Origin: Azolla caroliniana
Taxonomy: Eukaryota; Plantae; Polypodiophyta
DNA length: 64,000 nt
Assembly: GCA_043228905.1 (NCBI GenBank)
Contig: JBHGNT010000014.1
Coordinates: 6,076,001 to 6,140,000, forward strand
Reading direction: 5' to 3'
Under the pieces are notes generated by a model. The model saw only the letters and a program-made list of their open reading frames with translations, had not been told where the DNA came from and searched no databases. The translations under genes and the position numbers were made by a program. The stretch's first letter is position 1. Each line of letters opens with the position of its first letter. This document shows, piece after piece, positions 48,721-63,861 of the stretch.

Positions 48721-51700
48721 AAGTACCTAGCAACGGAAGACCTGATGAGAACCGGATGTGGAGTACCCGGCAACGGAAGACCCGGTGAGAACCGGATGAC
48801 GAGTGCCCGGCAAGAGCCGGATGGTGAAGGCTCGGTGAGAAGTGCTCACCGGATGAAGGGACATATTTGTAAATATGTTTTTGAGAGTTCATTGTGGCTA
48901 TATTTGTAAATAGCCAAAAATTCATATTAGTATAAATATGACTTAGGGCAAACTTAGCGAGTAAGAAGTTGTCATTCTTATTGGTGCAAGATTTGAGTGC
49001 AACCATGTACAGAGAGAGAGAGAGAGAGGGAGAGAGAGAGAGAGAGAGAGAGAGTGAGAGACGAAGAGGACGTTGTCTCTACTGTAACCGCCGCCTGTGG
49101 CGAAGACAGTGAACAAGAGGTCGTTGCCTTTGTGTTCATTTATTGTCTATTGTAACATAGTGATAGTTTGCAGTCTATGGACTGGCGTAGTTTTTCCCGT
49201 GTTTGGGTTTTCCACGTAAACATCTTGTGTACTCTTCTCTTTACTGTGTCGTGCGTACATTGCCCGTTTTTTCTGTGTTTGATCCTAGACTCGGTTGTGG
49301 CTGAGCGTTGTTTTCGGGAGCGTGTAGTCCTTTCAATTTGGTATCAGAGCGAACCAACACAGAAAAATGGACGATTTGTTGGGAGGCATGTTCAAGCTCA
49401 CCGCCTCCAACTATTCAATGTCAAAGTCGAAGATGAGGGACATGCTCGTGGTTAAAGATCTTTGGTTGACGGTTCAGTTTGGGGACAAGAGACCGGACAA
49501 AATCGATGCCACGATATGGGAGGTGATGCACATGAAGACAACGGCGCACATACGGTGCTTCATCGACATGAGTCTATCCAACAACTTCAATGAAGAGAGC
49601 AAGGCTCATGAGCTCTGGGAGAAGATCGGCATTATGTTTTAGAAGAAAAATGTTGTTAATCAGGTTTCGGTATTTCGGAAGCTAGTAAGACTCCGGTACC
49701 AAGATGGCTCCAGCATGGTGGAGCACATGAATGCCTTCCAGGGGCTGATACACCAGGCAACATCATTGGAAGTACCTCTCGCCGATGAGATACTAGCACT
49801 ACTCCTGCTCGGTTCCCTCCCAGATAGCTGGGAGACGTTGGTTGTCACTTTGGGCAACGCCGGGCCGGAAGGGAAACGGTTATCCCTAGCAAGAGTGAAG
49901 GCGATCTTGTTAGATGAGGAAGCGCGTCTGAAAGATAAGGATACGAGCTCCGACTCCAAAGCGCTCCTTACTGAATCGGAACGCGGAAGACAAAGGAACT
50001 GTAGTCCCCAGAACCGGGAGAAGTCGGGACACGATCAAAGTCAAGGGGGAGGCCTACCTGCTTCTATTGCGGCAAGCCGGGACACTTCCAGAAGAACTGT
50101 CGACACTTCCGAAAAGACAAGGAAACCGACAGTACCGATTCGAAGCAGAAACCGGACCGGAACGGTAAAGACCAGAGGGGGCCGGACTGGAAGGGAACGA
50201 CTGCAATCACGGAAAGTGAAGAAGAGTTGATGCTCATCACTGAGTAGAGTGAGTTGAACCTTGCCGGCGACGAGACAACGTGGGTTGTCGATTCCGGAGC
50301 GTCGTTCCAACTTACCCCGGACCGGAAATGCTTCTCATCCTACACATCCGGTGATCACGGTTGTGTCCGGATGGGGAATGAAGGTACATGCCAAATTGTC
50401 GGCATAGGAGACATGTGGTTGACAACGCCAACCGGATGCAAGCTGCTGCTAAAGGGTATCTGACACGTTCCAGAGGTTCGACTGAACCTGATATTAGTTG
50501 GTCGGCTAGATGATGAAGGCTACCTAGGTAGCATCTAGAACGCAGTCATGAAGTTTAGCAAAGGGAGCCTGATTGTGGCTCAGGCCCGGAAGGTCAACAC
50601 GTTGTACTTGATGAATGCCCGGTTATGCCCGGAAGAAGTGAATGTGGCGTCCAACACTGCCGGTGAGTTGTGGCACAAGAGGCTGTGTCACATGAGCGAG
50701 AAGGGGATGAAGAGGCTTGCAGACAACAACCTCATTCCAGTGAAGAACGTGCACTTGGAGAAGGGCACTGATTGTCTGGCCGGTAAACAAAACCGGACCT
50801 CCTTCCGATCGAGGCCATCGATGAGACATAATGCACCACTGGAGTTGGTGCATACTGATGTGTGTAAAGTGGACACGAAGTCACATGCCGGATCGTAGTA
50901 CTTCGTGACGTTCATAGATGACCATAGCCAGAAACTGTGGGCCACACCGTTGAAGACGAAGGATGGGGTGTTGTCCATCTTCAAAGAGCTCCACGCGAAA
51001 GTGGAAAGAGAACCCGACCGGAAGCTGAAGACGGTTCAAGCAGATAATGGAGGAGAATACCGAGGTCAGTTCGAGGAGTACTGCTGCTCGAAGGGAATCC
51101 GACTCGAATTACCGTGCCGAAGACACCGGAACTAAACGGGCTGGCCAAGAGGATGAACCGGACCATAGAGAGTCCGGAGTATGCTGGCGCATGCAAAATT
51201 ACCTAAGAAGTTTTGGGCTGAGGCACTGTCAACGACGACATATGTGATAAACAGATCACCCTCAGTACCCTTGGATGGAGACACGCCATAGAGAGTCAAT
51301 TGTCAAGTGTGGGACCTGGCCGACAAGAAGGTATTCCGGAGTCGAGATATTATCTTCATGGAGGACAAGACGCTCGCCAACTGGGAGTCGGAGAAGAAGA
51401 TAATGAACTCCGAGTCGACCGTTAAGGATTGATTCTATGATGAGCAGACCCAACCGGCAAGAGACCGGTTAGCACTCGATGAACCGGCCGGTGACGGTAA
51501 GGAGACAAGACAGGCTGAAGAAGAAGGAATAGGTGAAACCGGAACCGGCCAAGACCCCGAATCGGATTCGGCTGAAGAACAAATAGAGGAGCCGGTTGTC
51601 GAAGGCCAAAGACAGAGATATCCTCTCAGAGAGAGAAGGGCCCCCCGAAGATTTCCGGATGCAGAGCATGTGCTGCTGACCGATGAGGGAGAGCTGGAAA

Positions 51701-52599
51701 GCTTCGAAGAAGCGAAGGATGACACCAACAATCACAAGTGGTTGAGTGCCATGCAAGACGAGATGGATTCCTTGCATGAGAACCACACGTATGAGTTGGT
51801 GGAGTTGCCGAAAGGAAAGAGGGCACTCCGAAACAAGTGGGTGTACAAGTTGAAACCGGGAGATGCCGACAACCCCCCGAGATACAAAGTGCCTCTGCCT
51901 TCGGGAGCTTAATGTACACAATGGTGTGTACTCGACCGGATATTGGATACGCAGTTGGAGTGGTGAGCCGGTTTATGAGCAATCCCGGCAAGGAGCACTG
52001 GAATGCGGTCAAATGGATACTCCGGTACTTGAAGGGCACTTCGAATATGTGTCTTCGATTTGGCTCCGGTAAACCTCAACTTGACGGTTTTACCGATTCG
52101 GATATATCGGTTGATGTGGATACCAGCCGGTCTACATCCGGGTATGTAATGACATATGCAGGGGGAGCTGTTTCGTGGCAGTCGAGGTTGCAGAAGACGG
52201 TTGCGTTGTCAACCACGGAGGCGGAGTACATAGCGGCTGTTGAAGCCGGCAAGGAAATATTATGGTTGAAGGACTTCATCGGAGAGCTCGGTATCCGGCA
52301 AGATGAATACTGGCTCTATTGTGATAGTCAAAGTGCCATCCACCTTGTTAAGAACGCAGCGTACCATTCCATGACGAAGCACATCCAGCGTAGGTATCAC
52401 TGGATCCGGGAGCGAGTAGAAGATCGAGAGTTCACACTGACGAAGATCCACATGGCTGAGAACGGGTCAGATATGCTGACCAAAGTACTGATACCCGACA
52501 AGCTGGATGCATGTCGGAATCGGATCAAACTAGTAAGACATCCCATGCCGGAGTGAAGGGGGAGTTTGTTAGGAAACAGATCCCTCCGGATGGGATAGG

Positions 52600-55500
52600 T
52601 GTTAAGAAAACGTGAAGAAGGCACTCGGGCTCTTCTTATGTGCGTGGCGGATCGTGGTGTGCTGGATCGTTTGGTGCTCAAACACTGAAGGGAAGGGGGA
52701 AGGAGACTTACCTTTGTAGCAGCCAAAACTTCTTCTATTTCATTACACGCAGAGCTCTACTTGCTCTCGTATGTTTCTCTCTTCTACTCTCACTCTCTGA
52801 GTTCTTCCTCTCTATCCTCACTCTCTCTCAGAGTTCTACTTCCTATATATTTCTTACTTACCTACTCTATTACTTTTTACCTAAGTAATAAGTTACTTAC
52901 ATATGTAGCTAATTAGTTGCCTGAAGCTAATTAGCTGTCAGTCGCTAAATAGCTGTCAGTAGCTAATTAGCTGTTTCTCCTTTATGTTCACAAGTAGCTA
53001 AATAGCTACTATAGCTTATTTCCCAATAAGCATCACATACCATGTTGAGCTTGCTTCTCAACACTCCCCCTCAAGCTCAACTTATCCTTTCTTCGGGTTA
53101 TCTACAACTTCTTTTCCATGATGCTTTTCAGCCATCATATCAGTGTCTACAACTCCCATCATGTTTCGAAACTGTGTATGCTTTTCCACACTCAATCCCT
53201 TTGTGAGAATATCAGCAACCTGCTGATTTGTATTCACATACACCAGATCAACTTCTCCTTCAATCACTTTTTCTCTAACAAAGTGATAATGCACTTCAAT
53301 GTGCTTTGTTCTTGCATGGAACACTAGGTTTTTTGCAAGTTGATTGTTGCTTATATTGTCACACCAGATTGTGACAGTACCATCTATATACTCTCCTAAA
53401 TCAGCAAGCAATCTTCTGATCCATACCTCTTCACAAGTGGCTATGGCAGCTCCTCTGTACTTAGCTTCAGTACTAGACAATGCAACAATAGCTTGTTTCT
53501 TGCTACTCCATGAAATACATGCACTTCCCAATGTAAACATATATCCACTTGTGGATCTTCTATCTGTTTGGCTTCCAGCCCAATCAACATCTGTATATCC
53601 TTCCAGATTTATGTCTAAATCAGCCCTATAAAACAATCCATAGTTTGGAGTAGCTTTTACATACCTCAGAATTCTTCTAATGCAGTCCAAATGCGGCTTT
53701 GTTGGCTGTTGCATAAATTGGCTGACTAATCCAACTGCATAACTCAAATCAGGTCTTGTTATGGTCAAATAAATAAGGTTGCCCACCATAGACCTGTACA
53801 TGTTTACATCTTCTATTTTGGCTCCCAAATCAGCTCTCAATTTGTAGTTTTTATCTAGTGGTACTCCAATAGGTTTGCATCCAAGCATACCATACTTTTT
53901 CAACATAGTTCTTGCATATTGTCTTTGCAACACATATATACCACTTTCAGATCTGATGATTTCAATACCCAAAAAATATCTCAGATCTCCCAAATCTTTC
54001 ATATGAAACTGCATTTCCAAATTTCTTTTTAGCTTACTTATTTCATCCATGGAATCACCTCCAATGATGAGATCATCAACATAAATCAGAATCACAACAA
54101 TACACTCTGTTGAGCGGCAAGCTCAACCGGAGCCGGATTGGCTGAATAAGTCGGAGCTGGTAAGCGAGACGGATCGGGCGAAACGGATCGGTATGACGGT
54201 GAGCAACCGAACCGGCAAGCAGTGGAGGCCGGGTGCAATCTGTAACCGGAAGTCCAATCGGAAGCCTAGTATAGGATAGACTACTAGGTAGCTATAGTCT
54301 CGTAGTAAGTGTCAGATGCTCGTGTGAGCATTGAAGTACATGGTACTTCTGTCAGTCCCAAGAGGACTTGTATAAATAGTGCTACTTAGCACAGTGTGTG
54401 TACAGAGTCTTGATATAATTTTGAAATTGTGTTCTGCTCTCTCTCTCTGTTGTTCTCTGTTTTACGCTTCCGCAAACACTTACGTTTTCATGGTATCAGA
54501 GCGCGAGGGTTGAGAACCTTTGCTGCAGATATTTACTCTTGAGAAGAAAACCCTAACAGGTTGAAAACAGACACAGTAGAAGACATGGATAGAGGCATGG
54601 CTACGTCGATCCTGGTGGAGAAGCTCGACAGGAGCAACTACGCATCCTGGTCTTACAAGATGCACCAGTACTTGCTTGGACACGGGTACTAGAGTTATGT
54701 CGAAGGAGCGAATGATGCGGCGCCCGACTCGGCACACAAGGACTTCCCGGTATGGGAACAGGCGGCAAGTAGGGTGATGTACTGCTTCGCGTCCAGTGTC
54801 GGCGATCAGCTGCTCAGCCACATCCGTGACGCCAAGACATCGAAGGATGCTTGGGGGAACCTGAAGAAGGTTTTCGCCGCAAGCACCACTGCCCGGAAGC
54901 TGCAACTCAGACAAGAGTTGAGCAATGTTCGACAGAAGAACATGTCCGTGGCAGACTACATGGGCCGGATAAAGGAGATCTGCGACTCACTCGCCTCTAT
55001 CAATGTTACCGTAGAGGAAGACGAGATGGTGCAGGTATGCCTCGGAGGCCTGGCGTCCAAGTTCGGAGCGTTCCGTACTGCGGTGTGTACAAGGGAGAAT
55101 ACCCCCTCATTCTTCGACTTACAGTCGATGCTCCTTGTAGAGGAGAACCACGCCGGTGCATCTACCAGTGCATCCCCGGACAGCCGAATGCTGTACACGG
55201 GAACGGATCAGCTCCGTGGGCGTGCTGGAAGAGGTGGGTCGGCACGCAATGGAGGCGGCTGGCAAGAGCAGGAACGGAGGCACTATGAGCGTGCCGACAG
55301 CAGTTTCGGGACTTCCACAAGCAGGGGGAGTCAAGGCGGTGCCGGAAGCCGGCAAGACAAATCCACTACGGAATGCTGATACTGTGGCAAAAAGGGCCAC
55401 AGGGAAAGCGAGTGCTGGAGAAAGCGTGCCGATTCGGACAAATCCGGATCTGGCAAGACCGGTCAGGATGGCCGGCAAAACTCGCACTACGCAAATGGAT

Positions 55501-58500
55501 CAGAAGGATCCAGAACCGGAAAGGCCGGTAAGGGGCCAACATTGGTGATGAATCACAAGGCAAACTCAATGAAGAAGACCACTTCCAAAACGGAGGAAGT
55601 GTGGTATGTTGATTCCGGTGCGTCGAACCAGATGACGAGCCACAAAGAGTGGTTCTCCTTTCTGGAGAGACCGGATCAACCAAGAGTAGTCGAAACCGGA
55701 GACGACACTCCTCACCCAATCATGCACGTCGGAGAAGTCCCTCTAAGCCACGTCGGACAGAAGGGGAAGCTGATGAACGTGTTACATGTTCCGACGATCA
55801 CGAAGAACCCGGTGTCCGTCGGTCAGATTGTCGACCAGGGGATGCAGGTGCGGTTTACGCACCTCGGGTGCTTCATTGAGGATGAGGGTGAAGTCATTGC
55901 GCAAGGGCGCAGAGACGGGAGGATGTTTATCCTTGACACCAATGACTTTGGCACCGCTCTGTTCGCGAAACGACAGAAGGTCGAGTCGGACATCGACCTG
56001 TGGCACAAGTGTTTAGGCCACGTCAACTACCGGAGGCTTCAGGATCTGCAAACGAAACAAGTCGTTTTCAGTTTGCCGAAGTTCAGCGGCCGGAGAGCCA
56101 AAATTTGTGAAGCCTGCCAACTTGGGAAGCAACACCGGCTTCCATTCCCCACCGAACGGAACCGGAGCCGTAACAAGCTCGATCTCATCCATTCGGATGT
56201 GTGGGGACCGGCACAAAGTGTAAGCCTTGGCGGGAGCCGATACTTCGTCTCCTTCATCGACGACTATACTCGGCATACTTGGATCTACCTCATTGAGCGG
56301 AAGAGCGAAGTCTTCGACTGTTTCCGGAGCCTCCAGAAGATGGTGGAACGGGAATCGCAGAGGAAGATCAAATGCACTAGTTATTTGCAGTAGAAGGGAA
56401 TTTGGCGAGAGTTCAGCTGCAGATACACAACGGACCAAAATGGTGTGGCCGAAAGGAAGAACCGGACACTCGTCGAAGCGGCAAGGGCAGTGCTGGAGGA
56501 GAAGAGTATGGCCCGGTTCTACTGGGCAGAGGCGGTCCGGACGGCCGTCTACATACAAAACCGCATTGGTGACAAGGTGTCAGCTCATGAGCTATATTTC
56601 GGGCGCAAGCCGAACTTAAGACACCTTCGGATATTCGGCAGCATAGCGTATGTGCATGTGCCGGATCAGAAGTGGAGAAAGCTGGATGCAAAATCGGAAA
56701 AATGTATCCTAGTCGGCTATGCTCAAGAGCAAAAGGGGTATAAATGCTATAACCCCCGGACGAAGGAAGTCCGAGTTAGCCGGGATGTCGAGTTCGACGA
56801 ATTGGCATCCTGGTACTCCGTACCGAGTCCGACTTCCGATCCCGACCCAATGTCGGAAGATCAAGCCAGTGAGCCTGAATCAGCCCTGTCAGAGGATGAT
56901 GAAGCTGGGACTCAAGATGAGAGTCCGGAATCGTTACGGTTGAGTGGACCGAACGAGCTACTGAGTCGGTTGGACCAGTCGGATGAAGAGACGACAAGTG
57001 GTGGAGACTCTGTCGTGCTCTCCCTGCACAAGGAACCAAGGAAACGGTTCACGCGCAAAGAGAAAGGGAAGAGGAAGATGCCGGAATTCGAAACCGGCAA
57101 CGATGAGTCGGATCGGTGCGTATCCGACTCCGGAAAGGAGAAAGGCGGATCTTCGGCAACGAAGACCGAACTGGCCAAGAAGGGCCTCAAATTAGCTGAC
57201 GGTGCGTTGCGCCGATCAACCCGCCAGAAGGATCCCGTCATACGGTACGGGTACAATGAATACATGGCGCATCATTATGCGTACATGACTAAGGTGACAG
57301 AAGTGTGTGAGCCGGAGAGCTACGCAGAAGCGGCAAAGGATGCAAATTGGCGTGCCGCTATAGACGAAGAAATGCGGGCACTCGATGCCAACGAAACTTG
57401 CGACCTAGTAGATCCTCCCCGTCACTGTAAACCGATCGGATGCAAGTGGGTGTACAAGGTCAAGTACAACGCCGACGGTTCTGTTAACCGGTACAAAGCC
57501 CGGTTAGTGGCGAAGGGATACGCGCAGACCCACAGAATCGACTACGACGAGACCTTCACTCCTGTGGCGAAGATGATGACGGTTTGTGTGGTACTGGCGG
57601 TTGCTGCGGCAAGGGGGTGGCATCTTCACCAGATGGATGTGAAGAACGCCTTCCTTCAAGGAGAGCTTGAAGAAGAAGTCTTTATGACTCAGCCCCCCGG
57701 ATTTCAATCGGAGATGAACGAGTCGACGGTATGCCGACTGAAGAAGTCGCTTTACGGCTTGAAGCAAGCCCCCCAAGCCTGGAACGCGAAGATCACGCAC
57801 CGGTTGCGTAAGCTGGGGTTTGCTGTCTCTAAGTCGGACTCTTCGTTGTTCATCCGGCAAGGCTCTTACAGTCCGGTATGTATACTCTTGTATGTGGATG
57901 ATTTAGTCATCACCGGACCGGGTCTTCCCGAAATCAACCGCGTCAAGTCCCAATTGTCGGACGCATTCGAAATGAAGGACCTGGGGGACCTTCATTATTT
58001 TCTTGGGATCGAAGTGATCCAGACCCCCGACGGCATATTGCTCTCACAACGACATTACGTGTTGAATATGCTGTATACGTTCGGCATGACGTATTGCCGA
58101 CCTGTCTCCACACCCCTGGACCGGAACCAGAAGCTCCGTCCCAACTCCGGACCGGCCTGCAATGAGAAACGGTTCCGACAGGTTGTGGGAAGCCTGATCT
58201 ACTTAACCATCACCCGGCCCGACATCAGCTATCCGGTCGGCATGATAAGTCAGTTCATGCAGAAGCCGACCGTGGAGCACCTTCAGTGCGTGCAACGAAT
58301 ATTACGTTATGTCAGCGGCACTAAGGACCGGGGACTGCTATACCGGCAAGGTATACCTGAAGAGCTTGTCGGTTACACAGATGTTGACTGGGCCGACGAT
58401 GCGTCTGATCGTCGCTCCACTTCCGGATACATGTTCTCCATAGTTAGCGTGGCCGTTGCGTGGAGCAGCAAGAAGCAGCCCACAGTGGCTTTGTCCAACA

Positions 58501-61500
58501 CTGAGGCTGAGTACCGGGCCGCTACCGTTGCCACTTGTGAAGCCATCTAGCTTCGGCGACTGTTGCAAGACTTGCGGATCGACGTACCGACCCCGATCCC
58601 GATTTACTGCGATAACATGAGCAGCCTGTAGCTCGCCAGGAACCCTGTGTTCCATGCTCGCACAAAGCACATCGAGGTGCACTACCACTTCGTGCATGAG
58701 CGGTGAAATTGACCTACGGTATGTTCATATGGATCGGCAAGTTGCCGACATCTTCACCAGGCCGCTCGGATCGGACAAGTTGCAGCACTTTACCGACATG
58801 CTTGGTATTCAGCATCTCGACGTGCCGCACTTGAGGGGGAGAAGCAAGGGCAAAGTCCCTATCAAAACGAGCAAAGGCAAAAAAACTGTTGAACCCGTCG
58901 GTAAGAGGAGAGCCGGAAGAAGAGGAGACAAGAAGATGAAGGAAGCCGAGTCGATGAAGGAAGTCGACACATCCGAATAGGTCGGAGCAAGCGGCTGTGA
59001 AGAAGAGTTGTGCACTCAGGAAGAGAAGTGCATGCTATGCGGAGGTCATCACGACGGTACTGACCATGATGCAGAGTCGAATGAAGAATTCGATTTCGGT
59101 TCACCGGCTAAAGAAGCCGAGGGAAGCATGGAGAAGGCCAAAACTCGGAAGTGGTCCGATGTGGTGAGAGGCCTGAAGCCGGAAGTCGAATCGGAGTGTA
59201 CCGATTCGGACAAGAGCTGGAACGAGTCGGAGACAACTGACTCGGATCAACAGATGGATCCGAATGAGTTGGATCGACTGAAGGCCATGGGGACATGGAC
59301 ACAGCGGAAGTCGATGCCATCGTGGGAGAACCGACGGATCGGCAAGCGCCGGAGTCACAACAACGTGAGTGCTGAGATGGGCCTATTGAGCAGACATGCC
59401 AACCGAGAGGGTCGAGGCGCGCAGAACCAAAGGGGTCGCGGCAAACGGGACCGGACCGGACGAGGAGCGCGAGCAAGGCGGAGTGACGCCAGGAGAAGTC
59501 GGTTGGAAGAACCGACTGCCACAGAGGTCGACACTACGACCCCACCTCAGGTTGAGCTTGAGGGGGAGTGTTGAGCGGCAAGCTCAACCGGAGCCGGATC
59601 GGCTGAATAAGCCGGAGCCGGTAAGCGAGACGGATCGGGCGAAACAGATCGGTATGACGGTGAGCAACCGAACCGGCAAGAAATGGAGGCCGGGTGCAAT
59701 CTGTAACCGGAAGTCCAATCGGAAGCCTAGTATAGGATAGACTACTAGGTAGCTATAGTCTCGTAGTAAGTGTCAGATGCTCGTGTGAGCATTGAAGTAC
59801 ATGGTACTTCTGTTAGTCCCAAGAGGACTTGTATAAATAGTGCTACTTAGCACAGTGTGTGTACAAAGTCTTGATATAATTTTGAAATTGTGTTCTGCTC
59901 TCTCTCTCTCTCTGTTGTTCTCTGTTTTACGCTTCCGCAAACACTTACGTTTTCACACTCATCTTTCCTTTTAACATACAATGATGAATTAGCCTTTGAC
60001 ATTTTGAAGTCAAGTTTTTTTAGATAATCTGAAAGTTCTCTATGCCATGCTCTTGGTGCCTGTTTCAGTCCATAGAGAGCCTTTTTCAGCTTACATACAT
60101 AATCTGGATGCTTGCTATCTTCAAAGCCTAGTGGTTGACACATATACACTTCTTCTTCCAAGTTACCATGTAAAAAGGCATTTTTTACATCCATATGATG
60201 AAGAAACCATCTTCTGGCTGCACCTACAGCCAGTAATGTCCTCAATGTTGCCATCTTTGCAACCGGTGCAAATGTTTCATCATAATCAATTCCTTGCATT
60301 TGGGCATATCCCTTTGCAACGAATCTTTCTTTATGTCTACTTACATTCCCGTTGGAATCATGCTTTGTCTTGTAGACCCATTTGCAACCTACCACATTTT
60401 TTTCTTTTGGTAACTTCACCAAATCCCATGTTCTGTTTTCAGCCAATGCATCAATCTCTTCTTGCATTGCATCCACCCATTTCTTCTCAATTTTAGCCTC
60501 ATCAAAACTACTTGGATCAGGGATCTATACCACCTTAGACATATATGCATAATGCATAGCCATATATGTATCATAACCAAATCTTTCAACAGTTTTTTTC
60601 TCTCTATCTGATCTTCTCAGTTTCTGATTTGCATCCTTCAATGCTTTTTCCATACCAGGGATTTTCAATCCTCTTATACCAAGAAGATCATCCAATGACA
60701 TATCTGAATCCTCATCTTCCATGTTTTTAGACAAGTCATCCAACATTTCATACTTTGGCATTTTCTGTTTTCCTTTTTAATCATCACATTTTTTGTGTCC
60801 TCCACTTTTTCCACTCCAAGAATTCGAATCAGATTTACCATCTGAGCTTTTTGATGGTCTAGAACATTCTGTTGATGTTGGACTTTGCTGTCCAACCTTG
60901 CTTCCATCTCTGTGGCAGTCTTCTACATTTTCAGATTTGTCTCTATCTTCAATCTCATTGTCTTCATCAGTCTCTGGATTCTGTTTTGGACTGTACCAAC
61001 TGGCTAACTCATCAAAGATTACATCCCTACTTGTCACAATCTTCTTTGTTACAAGGTTATAGCATCTATACCCTTTTTGTTCTTCTGAATAGCCAACAAA
61101 AATACATTTTTCTGCTTTTGGATCCAACTTACTTCTTACTTCTGCAGGCACATGTACATACGCAAGGCATCCAAACACTTTTAGGTGTTCTAAACTAGGT
61201 TTCCTTCCATAGAAACACTCTTCAGGAGTTGCTTCATGTACTCCCGATGTTATACATCTATTTAGAATATAATTTGTTGTATTTACAGCTTCTGCCCAAT
61301 AGTACAATGGCATATTCTTCTCTGTCATCAAAGCCCTTGCAATGTTCACCAATGTTCTGTTTTTCCTCTTAGCAACTCCATTTTGCTGTGGAGTATATCT
61401 ACATGTGAACTGTCTTCTTATTCCCTGATTGCATAGAAAATCAGAAAATTCATTGGAGAAATACTCTCCTCCTCCATCAGATCTTAAACATTTTATTCTT

Positions 61501-63861
61501 GTACCTGCCTGCTTTTCTACCATGTATTTAAACTTACGAAAACATTCAAACACTTCACTTTTCTCTTTCATGAAGTACACCCATGTTTTCCTTTGAGCAA
61601 TCATCAATAAAAGTTACATAGAATCTGCAGCCACCGATAGATGCATTCTTAGTTGGTCCCCATACATCGGTATGTACCAAATCCAACAAATTTTTACTTA
61701 CATGTCTTTCATGAGGGAATGGCAACCTATTTTGCTTTCCATATTGACATGTTTCACATATCTTTCCCATTTCACAATTTTTCAGTTTTGGCAGTCCAGC
61801 CACTGCATCTTTTCTCAACATATTCTTTAGGGTTTGCATACTTATGTGGCCAATCCTTTTATGCCACATTTCCACATCTGAGACTACACTCATTCCATTT
61901 GCAAACATAGCTGAAATCTGTCTAGGCATGTCAACATCCAAAATAAACATTCTTCTTTGTCGTTTTCCTTTCGCAATGAGCTTCCCATTCTTTTCTATAT
62001 AGCATCCACTTTGCTTAAACTTTACTTGCATACCTTGCTCTACTATTTGTCCAACAGAAATCAGATTCTTAGCAAGATTTGGAACATGCATTACATTTAA
62101 CATATACTTAGTCTTTCCTTTTTCTTCCCACAATGGGATATCTCCAACATGTTCTATTTGGTGAGTACTATTATCACCCGTCTGTACATAGCCAGGAATC
62201 TCTGGTTCTCTAAACCTTTCAAACCAGTTTGCATGTCCAGTCATATGGTTAGATGCTCCCGAGTCTACATACCATGTAAATTCTTCATTACATTTCTGTG
62301 AGCTTTCAGCCACTACTGCTATCTCATGTTGTACCACAAATGCACCATCTTTTTCACAATCTTCACTAGTTTGGGCATAGTTATTCTGCTGTCTCTTTCC
62401 TCTTTGCTCATCATTTTGCTTCTTGTAACATTCAGCCTGTGTGTGGCCTAGTTTTCCACAATACCAACAACCATCATCATTTACATATGTTTCCTTACCT
62501 CTACCTTGGTTTCTCCCCCTGCCTCTGTTGTTGTTTCTTCCTCCAATGGTTTGTTGTCCTCTTCCTTGATAACCATTATTGTTGGTTCTTGCTGAGCCAA
62601 ATCTTCCATGGCCTCTTCCTCGATCTCTTCCTTGGCCTCTTCCAGCACTATTATATAGGGATTGCCCCTCACTCTCAAGATTTCCTTTATTTACATCATC
62701 CATCTGATTCCTTTCTTCTACTACAAGCATTGAAACCAGATCTAGAAAACTTGGGATACTATCCCTTGTAAGCATAGAGGTTTTAAGGCTTTTGTATTGA
62801 GGTCCTAAGGCTCTCAAGCATATTTCTACCTTATCATCATCTTCTATCTTTACATTGATAGAAGCAAGTGATTCACATATGCTCTTTATTTTCAAAGCAT
62901 ACTCATTTATTGACATCTTACCTTTTTCTAAGGTATTTAGCTCACTCTTCAAATGTAGCTTTCTAGCTTTTGTGTTTACTGCAAACAGTTTTACCAAACT
63001 GTCCCAAGCTTCTTTTGGGAGCATAGCATCCTGTATGTGCCCAAGCATCGAATCTGAGATGCTAAGTGAGAGCCAATGCATTACCTTCCTGGCCCCTTGA
63101 TTCCAATCTTTGAATGCTTTAATCTGTGCTGCTGTGGCATTTTCTTTTGGGATCTCCGAAGCCTCTTCTAGGTCTCCTTCAATGTAATCCCAGTATCCTT
63201 TCCCCATCAGGAAGTTTGCATTCTAAATTTCCACGCCGGGAAATTGTTTTTATCTAGTTTCTTTGTAACTATTTGGCCCGCATTCTCTACAGCCATTATC
63301 TCTTCCAAACTAGGGTTTCTACTACGATTACTTCAACCAGTAATTTTCTGATTCAGATCAGCAAACAGAGAAATACCTTTCTCAGATCTATGCACTTCTG
63401 TACTCTTCTTTATGAGCAACTCGCTCTGATACCATGTTAAGAAAACGTGAAGAAGGCACTCGGGCTCTTCTTATGTGCGCGACGGATCGTAGTGTGCTGG
63501 ATCGTTTGGTGCTCAAACACAGAAGGAAAGGGGGAAGGAGACTTACCTCTGTAGCAGCCAAAACTTCTTCTATTTCATTACATGCAGAGCTCTACTTGCT
63601 CTCGTTTGTTTCTCTCTTCTACTCTCACTCTCTGAGTTCTTCCTCTCTATCCTCACTCTCTCTCAAAGTTCTACTTCATGTATATTTCTTACTTACCTAC
63701 TCTATTACTTTTGACCTAAGTAATAAGTTACTTACATATGTAGCTAATTAGCTCTCAGTAGCTAATTAGCTGTTTCTCCTTATGTTCACAAGTAGCTAAA
63801 TAGCTACTATAGCTTATTTCCCAATAAGCATCACATACCATGTTGAGCTTGCTTCTCAACA
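52600..63861 (-). mobile_element. Full-length Ty1/Copia element E, split by Copia F
   Basis: LTRs 52600-53063 and 63435-63861, TSD ATAGG, PBS 63434-63423, PPT 53073-53064. gag-PR-INT 63207-60777, RT/RH 60476-59961 and 54107-53082. Confidence 0.95.
54108..59955 (+). mobile_element. Full-length Ty1/Copia element F (related to D)
   Basis: LTRs 54108-54490 and 59569-59955, TSD CACTC, PBS 54491-54502, PPT to 59568. gag-pol carries several stops. Confidence 0.96.
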
